Shown in pieces: positions 45,744-53,572 of a stretch of 64,000 nucleotides of DNA (position 1 is its first letter; every line of letters starts with the position of its first letter). Origin of the DNA: Terriglobia bacterium (GTDB taxonomy: Bacteria > Acidobacteriota > Terriglobia > UBA7540); the NCBI GenBank assembly GCA_035946625.1, contig DASYZE010000042.1:7065-71064 (forward strand). The letters run 5' to 3'. The translations under genes were made by a program, and so were the position numbers. Below the pieces are notes generated by a model, which saw only the letters and a program-made list of their open reading frames with translations, did not search any database and was not told the DNA's origin.

Positions 45744-46442
45744 CTACACCGGGATGAACGCACCCGGATCGTTGAATTCGTCCCGGCCGCCTTTGCTGCG
45801 ATCCCACATAAAAAGTATGCTTTTGTCCGCGATGATCTGGCCCTGGGCGTTCAACTCAACGTGCGCGCGGTCCATGGGCCGAGGGGCCGGCCCTTCAAAA
45901 TTGATTCCTTCCGGGGTATAGCCGCTGCCGTGGCAGGGGCACTTGAATTTGTTTTCAGCCGGCTTCCAGTCCGGCGTGCAGCCGAGGTGCGTGCACTTGG
46001 CGAAAATGGCAAAAATCTGAGTGGGTTCCCTCACCACGTAAATGCGGCACTCTTGCTTGAACCGGTCGCTGACTCCGAGCACGTAATCGGACGGGTAGCC
46101 AAGATTGCAAATGTTGCTGGGCTCAAAGAGGGCGCGCGGGAAAAAGAACCGGAGGAACATCAGGAAATTCGCGGCCAGGAATGCCGCCATGCACGCCCAG
46201 GTCAGGCGACGGCGCAATTGATTGGGGTCAGGCTCTGTGGTTTCCTTCGCCGGGGCGGCTGCGGGCGCCGCAGGTTTGGGTGCCGGGGGAGTGGTGGCTT
46301 TCGCTGCCGCTGCTGGAGGAGCCGCCGGCTTGGCGGTTGCAGGTGCGGCGGATTTTTCCACCGGCTTCGCCGCCCCAGTCCCCGCTGCTGCAGCGGGGAG
46401 TTTTGAAGGAACTGGGGCGCTCGGATCTTCAGGATTCGACAT
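45744..46442 (-). CDS. Rieske [2Fe-2S] protein of the bc-type complex
   Basis: CTHLGCTPDW...CPCHGSGY cluster boxes. RRR-containing leader plus TM helix, preceded by an Ala/Pro/Lys-rich extension of about 75 aa. Confidence 0.9.
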   Translation of the reverse strand: MSNPEDPSAPVPSKLPAAAAGTGAAKPVEKSAAPATAKPAAPPAAAAKATTPPAPKPAAPAAAPAKETTEPDPNQLRRRLTWACMAAFLAANFLMFLRFFFPRALFEPSNICNLGYPSDYVLGVSDRFKQECRIYVVREPTQIFAIFAKCTHLGCTPDWKPAENKFKCPCHGSGYTPEGINFEGPAPRPMDRAHVELNAQGQIIADKSILFMWDRSKGGRDEFNDPGAFIPV

Positions 46443-46513
46443 TACTCTTTACCCTTCGTTTTTATTATATGCCCGCAGAGAAAATCTTCGACGCAAAACT
46501 TAAGAAATGGAAA

Positions 46514-46541
46514 TCTATATGATGGCCGCTGAGTCTGTCAA
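46514..46541 (-). promoter_or_regulatory. candidate sigma70-type promoter for the respiratory string
   Basis: On the minus strand: TTGACA (46541-46536), a 16 nt spacer, TATAGA (46519-46514). A perfect TATAAT also lies at 46469-46464. Pattern match only. Confidence 0.25.
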
Positions 46542-46817
46542 GACGATTTGATGACCACCATGCGATATTCTTTGCGGTCGAGCGAAAAAAGGTTGCAGTT
46601 GGACAAAAATTTCTTTGCTTGTCGTAGGGCCGGGGCTTGCCCCGGCCCATGTCCGGTGTGAGTGAATGAAGCTAGGGAAATCCTTGGCCCTACACACGCC
46701 AACACACCCAGTCCCCTCTGCGAAATTAAGGCTTCGCAAGACCAGTTGGTTTTGATATCCCTCCGCCCTGGCCGGCGAATACCTTGGTGAGTGTGGCTGC
46801 CAAACCCTCGACGGCGC

Positions 46818-47174
46818 CTATTTTGCCGACCGATGCAGAATGACGCGCACTTTTTCCAGAGTAATCATGCCCCCTCCCAGCATTTCGTCGAGCTTGGGAA
46901 GAATTTTCTCAATGCGCTCGGAATATTCGACCACCTCGACCACGATGGGCAAATCCTGAGAGAGGCGCAAAATGGCCGTGGTGTGGAACGGGTGCTGGCC
47001 CAGGCTGGAAGAACCGTACCCACCCACCCCGCGCAGGACGGTCACCCCATAAAAACTCTCGGCGCGGAAAAGATCCACCAAAGCCTTGTACAGGGGTTTG
47101 CCTTCCCAATTGTCGGCTTCGCCAAAATGAATCCGCATCAAGGTGCGTTCGCCTTCGAATCTTTGGTGCTCCAT
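46818..47174 (-). CDS. DUF190 (PII-like) protein, CrcB-associated
   Basis: LMRIHFGEADNWEGKPLYKALVDLFR...GVTVLRGVGGYG is the DUF190 core. Immediately downstream of crcB. Confidence 0.75.
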   Translation of the reverse strand: MEHQRFEGERTLMRIHFGEADNWEGKPLYKALVDLFRAESFYGVTVLRGVGGYGSSSLGQHPFHTTAILRLSQDLPIVVEVVEYSERIEKILPKLDEMLGGGMITLEKVRVILHRSAK

Positions 47175-47183
47175 CGTCTCCTC

Positions 47184-47555
47184 CTACATCCGGTCCGCCA
47201 AAACCATTCCGATGCGAAGCAACAGAAGTCCGCCGACCATGCTCGTGCAAACGTAGATGCCGGCCTTCATCCACTCGCCGTCTTGTAACAGATGCACGGT
47301 CTCCCAGCCAAAGCTTGAGAAAGTTGTAAAAGCGCCAAAAAAACCGATGGTGAGCCCAATGCGCCACTCGGGGGGAAAAGAAATATGATTGAGCGCGTAT
47401 TGTCCCACGCCCCCCAGAAGGAAACATCCCAAAAGGTTCACCACCAAAGTGCCGCTGGGAAATCCAGGGCCGGTGCGAGACTGCACCAAACCCTGAAGTC
47501 CGTAGCGGGCCAGTGTTCCGGCAATTCCAAAAACAATCAACAGAGTAATTTGCAA
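47184..47555 (-). CDS. crcB: fluoride ion channel CrcB/FluC
   Basis: 123 aa with 4 TM helices. GIAGTLARY and GAFTTFSSF motifs. TTG start with a GGAAGG SD. Confidence 0.9.
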   Translation of the reverse strand: MQITLLIVFGIAGTLARYGLQGLVQSRTGPGFPSGTLVVNLLGCFLLGGVGQYALNHISFPPEWRIGLTIGFFGAFTTFSSFGWETVHLLQDGEWMKAGIYVCTSMVGGLLLLRIGMVLADRM

Positions 47556-47590
47556 GTTGTCCCTTCCTTCTGCCTGTGCTCACACCCAAC

Positions 47591-47625
47591 AAAAAAACTC
47601 CTGGGCGCTCACCAGTGGCCAGGAG
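47591..47625 (-). terminator. intrinsic terminator forming the expression platform of the fluoride riboswitch
   Basis: Minus strand CUCCUGGCCACUGGUGAGCGCCCAGGAG followed by U7. The 5' arm reuses the aptamer 3' pseudoknot strand. Confidence 0.75.
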
Positions 47626-47672
47626 TTATCAGTCCCGCCAGGCGGGACGGTTTTGGCGAACTCCATCGCCTT
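47617..47672 (-). promoter_or_regulatory. fluoride riboswitch aptamer (crcB motif)
   Basis: Minus strand reads AGGCGAUGGAGUUCGCCAAAACCGUCCCGCCUGGCGGGACUGAUAACUCCUGGCC. It matches the GGCGAUGGxGUUCGCC ... CUxAUxAxxCCU consensus, including the GGAG/CUCC pseudoknot. Confidence 0.85.
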
Positions 47673-47782
47673 CAAATTTTAATCTTACCACAGACACTGC
47701 CCAAGCATCGGGCCGCACCACGGCCCATGTCTTGCGCAATTGAATTCCCACCGCATGCTGCACTAAGATGGGTGAGCACAAC

Positions 47783-49372
47783 ATGGAATCGCGGTTCAAG
47801 TCTCGAAATGCAAGTTTGGCCGCCGCCTTGGCCGCGATGGTGATGGCGGCTTGGCCCGCCTGGAGCGCGCATCCGTGCGCCGAGTGTCACCCCAAAGAGG
47901 TTGCCGGCTATGCTGCCACGCAGATGGCACACTCACTCGGGCATCCCGGAAGCGAGCCATCGGGAAAGTATTTCCACGCGCCCTCCAAGACGCAATTCAC
48001 AATCCAAGTTAGCCACGGCCGGATGATCCAGCGGATGGAGCGCGGCGGAGTCACATCCGAATACCCGGTCGCCTACGAGATCGGCTCCGGCACGCACGCC
48101 TTTGCCTATGTGATTCAACTTGGCGATCACCTTTTCCAGTCGCCCCTCGGTTATTTTTCGGGGCGCGGCTGGGCGATGTCGCCCGGTTACGAAAACGCGA
48201 AGGCGCCCGACTTTCTTAGGCCCATCACACCGGACTGCCTGGTGTGCCACGCTGGCAAAGCGCGGCCCATTCCAAAGACCTTCAGCAGTTATCAATCGCC
48301 GCCGTTTGAAGCGGAGTCCATAACCTGCGAGCGCTGTCACGGCCCCGTGGAGGCCCACTTGCGCAACCCCGTGCCGGGCTCAATTGTGAACCCCGCCACG
48401 CTTCCGCCCCGGGCGCGCGACAGCGTTTGCGAGCAGTGCCACCTGGCCGGCGAGGAACGCGTACCCAATCCCGGAAAGCAGGTCAGCGATTTCCGCCCCG
48501 GAGAGAAATTGGAGGATGTTTACTCGGTTTACGTTTCCGCGGATTCGCGCGATCCCGCGCGCCCTGCCGCCCTGAGGGTCATCAGCCAGGTGCAGCAACT
48601 CGCGTTGAGCATGTGCGCGCGTAAAAGCGGAGGCAAGCTGTGGTGCGGCACCTGCCACGATCCTCACTTCCAACCGTCCAATCCAAGAACCTATTTTCGC
48701 GAAAAGTGCCTTTCGTGCCACGGCGCGGTGCTCCTGAAAACGCACGCCAAGCCCAATCTGGATTGCATTGGCTGCCACATGCCGCGCCGCCCCGTGACCG
48801 ACGGCGCGCACACCGTGTTCACTGACCACCGCATTGCGCGCCGCCCTCCGCCTGCGCGCGCCACGGTGCCTGCCCATGAATCGTTGTCGCTCGTGGCCTG
48901 GCACGAGCCCCAGGGCGCGCTGGCCCAGCGCAACCGTGGCATTGCAGATATCAAAGTGGGTGAACGTCAGGAGTCTTTCCCACTTGTCAACCAGGGTTTT
49001 GATTTATTACGTGATTGCTGGGGAAAATTTCCCAAGGACCCGCCCACGTTGACGGGTCTCGGCGATGCGCTTCTCACGGCCGGTCAGGGCGCGGAGGCGG
49101 CCGCCGCGTTCGAGCAGGCGATTCAGATCGAACCCCATGACGCCGTCCTTTACCTCCACGCCGGGCTGGCCTGGAAGCAGGCGGGAGAATTGCAAAAGGC
49201 GACGGAGGACTTCGAGAAGGTTCTCCAACTCGATTCGCTGATGGAGCAGCCCTACCGCGAACTCATCAGTATTTATTCCCAGACGCATAATTCTGAGAAG
49301 GCCGATGAAGTCCATGCCCGGTTTATGAAAGCCTTCCAAAAAACCGACCGAACCAACGGTCCACCCCATTGA
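47783..49372 (+). CDS. secreted heptaheme c-type cytochrome with C-terminal TPR repeats
   Basis: Signal peptide (AAMVMAAWPAWSA). Seven CxxCH: CAECH, CLVCH, CERCH, CEQCH, CGTCH, CLSCH, CIGCH. The C-terminal about 130 aa is TPR-like (AAAAFEQAIQIEPHDAVLYLHAGLAW). Confidence 0.8.
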   Translation: MESRFKSRNASLAAALAAMVMAAWPAWSAHPCAECHPKEVAGYAATQMAHSLGHPGSEPSGKYFHAPSKTQFTIQVSHGRMIQRMERGGVTSEYPVAYEIGSGTHAFAYVIQLGDHLFQSPLGYFSGRGWAMSPGYENAKAPDFLRPITPDCLVCHAGKARPIPKTFSSYQSPPFEAESITCERCHGPVEAHLRNPVPGSIVNPATLPPRARDSVCEQCHLAGEERVPNPGKQVSDFRPGEKLEDVYSVYVSADSRDPARPAALRVISQVQQLALSMCARKSGGKLWCGTCHDPHFQPSNPRTYFREKCLSCHGAVLLKTHAKPNLDCIGCHMPRRPVTDGAHTVFTDHRIARRPPPARATVPAHESLSLVAWHEPQGALAQRNRGIADIKVGERQESFPLVNQGFDLLRDCWGKFPKDPPTLTGLGDALLTAGQGAEAAAAFEQAIQIEPHDAVLYLHAGLAWKQAGELQKATEDFEKVLQLDSLMEQPYRELISIYSQTHNSEKADEVHARFMKAFQKTDRTNGPPH

Positions 49373-49453
49373 TTGCAAACCAGCGATAACAATATTCACT
49401 TGTCAGTGGCGAACTTGAACGGCGTAAGAGTTGAAGATACCTCGGAGACCGCA

Positions 49454-50320
49454 TCAGCGCTGCGAAGCGTCTTGCAGCCCCTGAGGCTCGTAACGGACGC
49501 CATAGATTTTGCGCGACGTTCCGGCGAGTCCCTGGGCGCGGACGATGCGCGCCGGTATCTCGAGGTTTTCTCCAGTAGCATTGTAAGGGCAGGCCGCGAG
49601 GATGCCTTGCCCCGCATAATAAGTTTTTTCGCTGAGAAAGCAGAATCCTTCCTTGGAAAGATTTTCGCTGCGCAGAACTTCGTTGGCGCCGTAGTAGTCG
49701 CGGATCAGGACAGGAAGCTGAAGGGCAACCCGACGATGCTGGCGCTCGTCGCTGTCCGGGCCACCTTTTTCGGCCCGCGCTCTTGCCTCCGCAAAAAGCC
49801 GCGCTTCGCCGGGTGGGCAGTTCAAATCCATTTTCTTTTCTGCAAATCCCCAGGGGCTGTCGGACCCGCATGTCTCGCAAGGCAAGGAAAGGATGCCCGC
49901 CGTTTCCAGGACCTCCAATCCTACCGTGGAAAGCGGCAGAAAGGCAGTGTTGTGGCACTTTCGACATTCCAGCAAGCCCTTCGCGTAAGCGGACTCGCCC
50001 TCGACCAAGGGGGGGAATTTAATTCCCCAGATGTTGAGGTGGGGGTTGGTACACTCCACCCCCCAGTCGCAACCACTCTCGGCAGGAGGCGCCAGCGGCC
50101 CCACCACACGGAACTCCGCGTCACTGTCACCTGCCAGATTAATCAGGCGCACCGCCTGTCCCGCCCGTAGGGGCACCCGAGTCCGGATGCGTGCGCCGTG
50201 CCGGTTCACAGTGATGGCGCGCGCGTCTTCTTTAAAGTGCCTGCCAGCCGGGTCAGTCCCCAGAATTCGCAGGCGCACCGTGAGCATGATGCGATCGGAA
50301 CGCCGTTTTACAATGGACAT
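49454..50320 (-). CDS. PilZ-like / 4-Cys zinc ribbon / PilZ protein (paralogue 1)
   Basis: N-terminal RRSDRI...VNRHGARI. Central NIWGIKFPP...LECRKC...CETC. C-terminal canonical PilZ motifs RQHRR and NLSKEG. Confidence 0.7.
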   Translation of the reverse strand: MSIVKRRSDRIMLTVRLRILGTDPAGRHFKEDARAITVNRHGARIRTRVPLRAGQAVRLINLAGDSDAEFRVVGPLAPPAESGCDWGVECTNPHLNIWGIKFPPLVEGESAYAKGLLECRKCHNTAFLPLSTVGLEVLETAGILSLPCETCGSDSPWGFAEKKMDLNCPPGEARLFAEARARAEKGGPDSDERQHRRVALQLPVLIRDYYGANEVLRSENLSKEGFCFLSEKTYYAGQGILAACPYNATGENLEIPARIVRAQGLAGTSRKIYGVRYEPQGLQDASQR

Positions 50321-50601
50321 CGGGATGGCCGCCTTCCCTTAATTATCCTTATTCTCATTCCCCTCTGCAAGCTATTCGGCGGGAGTGATGGCCGGGATGA
50401 ATATTGCTCATGCAGCTTATCCCATTTGTTGCAAGAGTAGCCGGGTGGCGCGGCCAGCATTGGGCCGGCGGGCAAAAACTCCAGGGTATATCAATAGCAA
50501 AAATCCGATGCTTGAAAGCCCCGGTTGCGATATCATGGGCCGGACGTTTTGAATCATCATGGAAGGTCGCCGAATTCGTCCATTAAACGTGAGGCTCAGT
50601 C

Positions 50602-51405
50602 ATGAAGAGCGATCGCATATCCGTAGAGGTGGCCATTGTTGTGGCAGGGACAGACTTGATGGGCACGGCGTTTATGGTTGACGGCAAAACGATTCTTGTA
50701 GGCCGCCAGGGGGCGAACATCACTCTGTCGCGAAAACTTGCGCCTCAGCAGGAGATCAACATCCGCTGTGTGGAGACATCCAAAGAGGCGGAAGCGCGAG
50801 TGGTGGGACAAGTCGGACAAGCAGATAAGGACTACTCCTATAGCGTCGAATTTCTTACCCCGGATGCCAACCTGTGGGGCATTGAGTTTCCTCCCATGGC
50901 TGAAGGCGAAGAGGCGGTGGGCCGCGTGGTTTTGGAGTGTGCCGCCTGCCATACGCGCGAATTGACTTACCTCAATGAGTCCCAACTTGAGGTTTTGGAA
51001 AACAATAACAGCCTGGCCCGCCACTGCAAGCGCTGTGCGGATTACACCGTGTGGAAGAAATCGACGGCCGAAATGGGCGAGACGGAAGCGGCCGCTCCCG
51101 CAGCCGTGCCACCGCCTGTCTATAAGCGAACTGAGAACCTGCGCCGCGAACACCGGCGCGAGGTTCGCGTGACCACATGCATCCGCAGCAACGAATATAA
51201 CGACGACATCGTGAGGAGCCGCAACGCCTCGCGCGGCGGAGTTTGCTTTGAGAGCACCCGGGTGTATGCCAAGGGCTGGAAAATCGAAGTCGCGATCCCT
51301 TACACGCGCGGCGGCGCCAATATATTTCTTTCCGCCCAAATTGTCCGGGTTCAAGCTGCGCCAAGCGGAGAGTTGAGTGTCTACGGCGTGGCCTACATCC
51401 AGTAA
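50602..51405 (+). CDS. PilZ-like / 4-Cys zinc ribbon / PilZ protein (paralogue 2)
   Basis: KSDRI...VGRQGANI. NLWGIEFPP...LECAAC...CKRC. C-terminal REHRR and NASRGG. The longer antisense ORF 50596-51690 is rejected. Confidence 0.7.
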   Translation: MKSDRISVEVAIVVAGTDLMGTAFMVDGKTILVGRQGANITLSRKLAPQQEINIRCVETSKEAEARVVGQVGQADKDYSYSVEFLTPDANLWGIEFPPMAEGEEAVGRVVLECAACHTRELTYLNESQLEVLENNNSLARHCKRCADYTVWKKSTAEMGETEAAAPAAVPPPVYKRTENLRREHRREVRVTTCIRSNEYNDDIVRSRNASRGGVCFESTRVYAKGWKIEVAIPYTRGGANIFLSAQIVRVQAAPSGELSVYGVAYIQ

Positions 51406-51987
51406 ATAGAACTGAGGCCGCCGCAAAAGCCATGGGCGAATTTGGAGGCTCGGCTTTCCGGGAAGCTCCGGCCGCGGAGTGAGGACGTTTATCGAAAACA
51501 ACCAGCCTGCCCCGCAGACCTTGATCCTACCCGACTCGCAGTTGGGAGCGGGTCTCAATTGAAATACCGCGGCGCTTCCGTCAGTCAAAACAAACCTTCT
51601 GATCGGACGGAATCGCGACAAATATAGATTCTCAGGTGTCCTCTTTGGGGGGCGGCGTCGAACTCCCGAACTGTCGAATGCGGGCGGCATCGAAGCTCAA
51701 GATTAAATCCATGTGTTCCTCTGACTTTGTTGTTTGTGCCGGAGATGTGAATTCCTGGCCCTCATCACCCGCCACCCGATAGAATTTTGACTCGATCTCA
51801 GCAATACCCCCCCCTTTTGCCGACAAGATTTACACGGGGCTTGGGGTTAACTCATGTCCTCAGGACAATCCCCATCCGCCAACCCACGCACACCAGCCCG
51901 CGGTGCGAAGGAGTGCTTTGTTCTTGGGGTCACGGGCGCCTTGGCGGTTGCAGGTTGAAGTGAAAAGATACTGGGTCTTCTTTAGTT

Positions 51988-52064
51988 GGTACGCCCGGAG
52001 AGATTCGAACTCCCGACCCCTTGCTTCGTAGGCAAGTGCTCTATCCAGCTGAGCTACGGGCGCA
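51988..52064 (-). tRNA. tRNA-Arg (anticodon ACG), CCA encoded
   Basis: The reverse complement gcgcccgtagctcagctggatagagcacttgcctacgaagcaaggggtcgggagttcgaatctctccgggcgtacca folds as a 77-nt cloverleaf. Anticodon loop is CUACGAA. Confidence 0.95.
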
Positions 52065-52180
52065 CAGGTGAGGACCGCGCGTTGGGACAGTGGATTGCCC
52101 GCAGGGGACCAGGCCCATCGAACATCCAGATTCATATCCCAGGAAGTTAAGTTTTGCACGGTGGGGCGAGTCTGTCAATC

Positions 52181-52200
52181 CGTCAGTAGACGTCAGTAGA
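52181..52200. repeat. tandem 10-mer cgtcagtaga x2
   Basis: cgtcagtagacgtcagtaga followed by the degenerate cggacgttca. Lies between tRNA-Arg and the citrate synthase gene. Confidence 0.8.
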
Positions 52201-52219
52201 CGGACGTTCAGCCGGTCGG

Positions 52220-52314
52220 GGAGCGCGGGCGTCCCGCCCGCTTTTCCAAAGTTCGGAGTTGAAGGCTATGATTTACGGCGAAGAAAGTAAGAGCGGGCGG
52301 GATGCCCGCGCTCC
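52220..52314. repeat. inverted pair of GC-rich hairpin units upstream of citrate synthase
   Basis: ggagcgcgggcgtcccgcccgctt (52220-52243) versus gagcgggcgggatgcccgcgctcc (52291-52314). Near-perfect reverse complements 47 nt apart; each unit is also self-complementary. Confidence 0.8.
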
Positions 52315-52418
52315 CAGGGAAACGCGAAGGCTTCTTGTTTTGCGATGTGGGCATCGTGTATGATGTGCCTTCAAAAAATTCCGGCTGAGCTCACATGGGG
52401 GAGCGGGGGAGCGCGCGG

Positions 52419-53540
52419 ATGGCGGAGCTAAAAGCAGGCCTGCAGGATGTGGTGGTGGCGACATCCTCGATCTGCTCGATTGACGGGCAGCGGGGCCGGT
52501 TGATTTACCGCGGGTACGATATCCACGATCTGGCGGCGCACTCGACATTTGAAGAAGTGGTATATCTGCTTTGGAACGGCCGCCTTCCCAAGCGCACTGA
52601 GCTGGACGATCTTCAACAACAACTGGCTCTGAACCGGACGATTTCACCTGAAATGATCGACCTGCTGAAGCGCCTGCCGCCTCCCCAGCATCCGATGGAG
52701 ACGCTGCGCACGGCCATTTCCGCCCTGTCGCTTTACGATCCTGAAGCTGAGGACATGTCCGAAGAAGCGAATCGCCGCAAGGCCCTGCGCCTGACCGGAC
52801 AGATGGGAACGCTGGTGGCGGCTTTCGGGCGCCTGCGCGAAGGAAAGGATCCCATCGCCCCGGTACCGAAACTGGATCATGCGGCCAATTTTCTTTACAT
52901 GCTTCAGGGCAAAGTGCCGCATGCGGACGACGCCCGCTGGTTTGATGTGGCGCTGATCCTGCACGCCGACCACAGTTACAACGCGTCCACCTTTGCCGCG
53001 CGCGTGACCGCGTCCACCCTTTCGGACATGCATTCGGCCGTCACTTCCGCTCTCGGCGCCCTGAAAGGTCCGCTGCACGGCGGCGCCAACGAGCAAGTGA
53101 TGAAGATGCTGCTGGAAATTCAGACCCATGACCAAGCCGAGGCTTACATTCATGATCGCCTGGCGCAAAAAAGGAAGATCATGGGCTTTGGCCATCGCGT
53201 TTATCACACCGAGGATCCGCGCGCCAACGTGCTGCGGCGAATGTCGGAAGAGCTGGGGCGGCGCGGCCATCAAGCAAAATGGTTTGAGATTTCCAAAAAG
53301 ATCGAAGACTTGATGATCCGGGAAAAGAAAATCAACGCCAACGTTGATTTTTATTCCGCCTCGGCCTATTACGTTTTGGGAATTCCCGTCGACCTCTATC
53401 CGCTCATTTTTGCCGTCAGCCGCATTTCCGGGTGGACGGCGCACATCCTGGAACAATACGCCAACAATAAATTGATCCGTCCCCTCGCCGAATATACCGG
53501 GCCCACCGACTTGAAGTATGCGCTCATTGACCAGCGGTAG
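52419..53540 (+). CDS. gltA: citrate synthase (short, about 370 aa type)
   Basis: GLQDVVVATSSICSIDG..LIYRGY, GPLHGGANE and GFGHRVYHTEDPRA motifs. ATG 52419 (MAELKAGL) preferred. Confidence 0.9.
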   Translation: MAELKAGLQDVVVATSSICSIDGQRGRLIYRGYDIHDLAAHSTFEEVVYLLWNGRLPKRTELDDLQQQLALNRTISPEMIDLLKRLPPPQHPMETLRTAISALSLYDPEAEDMSEEANRRKALRLTGQMGTLVAAFGRLREGKDPIAPVPKLDHAANFLYMLQGKVPHADDARWFDVALILHADHSYNASTFAARVTASTLSDMHSAVTSALGALKGPLHGGANEQVMKMLLEIQTHDQAEAYIHDRLAQKRKIMGFGHRVYHTEDPRANVLRRMSEELGRRGHQAKWFEISKKIEDLMIREKKINANVDFYSASAYYVLGIPVDLYPLIFAVSRISGWTAHILEQYANNKLIRPLAEYTGPTDLKYALIDQR

Positions 53541-53572
53541 GATGCCTTGTCTCCTCCTTTTACGGCGGCGCA

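Noticed and set aside
40310-46442. First impression of an Alternative Complex III (large multiheme cytochrome plus polytopic membrane subunits next to an oxidase).
   Set aside because: There are no ActB-like molybdopterin/FeS or NrfD-like ActC/F products. Instead there are a Rieske protein (CTHLGC...CPCHGS), a di-heme cytochrome b core and a PEWY-type C-terminal half, so this is a Rieske/cyt b complex.
46621-46650. Hairpin gggccgggg-cttg-ccccggccc downstream of DUF190, considered as an intrinsic terminator.
   Set aside because: It has a strong GC stem, but there is no U-tract directly after it on the minus strand, so it cannot be called a terminator from sequence alone.
50321-50601. Possible c-di-GMP (GEMM) riboswitch in the spacer between the divergent PilZ genes (cgggcaaaaactcc...gaaagccccgg).
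   Set aside because: It lacks the conserved GGACGCAAAGCC core and the paired tetraloop/receptor layout. The resemblance is limited to short GCAAA/GAAAG strings.
50596-51690. 364-aa ORF on the minus strand, longer than the plus-strand PilZ paralogue it overlaps.
   Set aside because: The plus-strand product is homologous over its full length to two other proteins in the window (49454-50320 and 57071-57910). The minus-strand translation is low-complexity and Arg-rich.
51406-51987. Integrated mobile element next to tRNA-Arg.
   Set aside because: No integrase, transposase or phage-like ORF is present, and no duplicated tRNA 3' end was seen. Kept only as a low-interest observation.
51860-52159. 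99-aa ORF overlapping tRNA-Arg.
   Set aside because: It is fully explained by the tRNA gene on the same strand and has no coding signal of its own.
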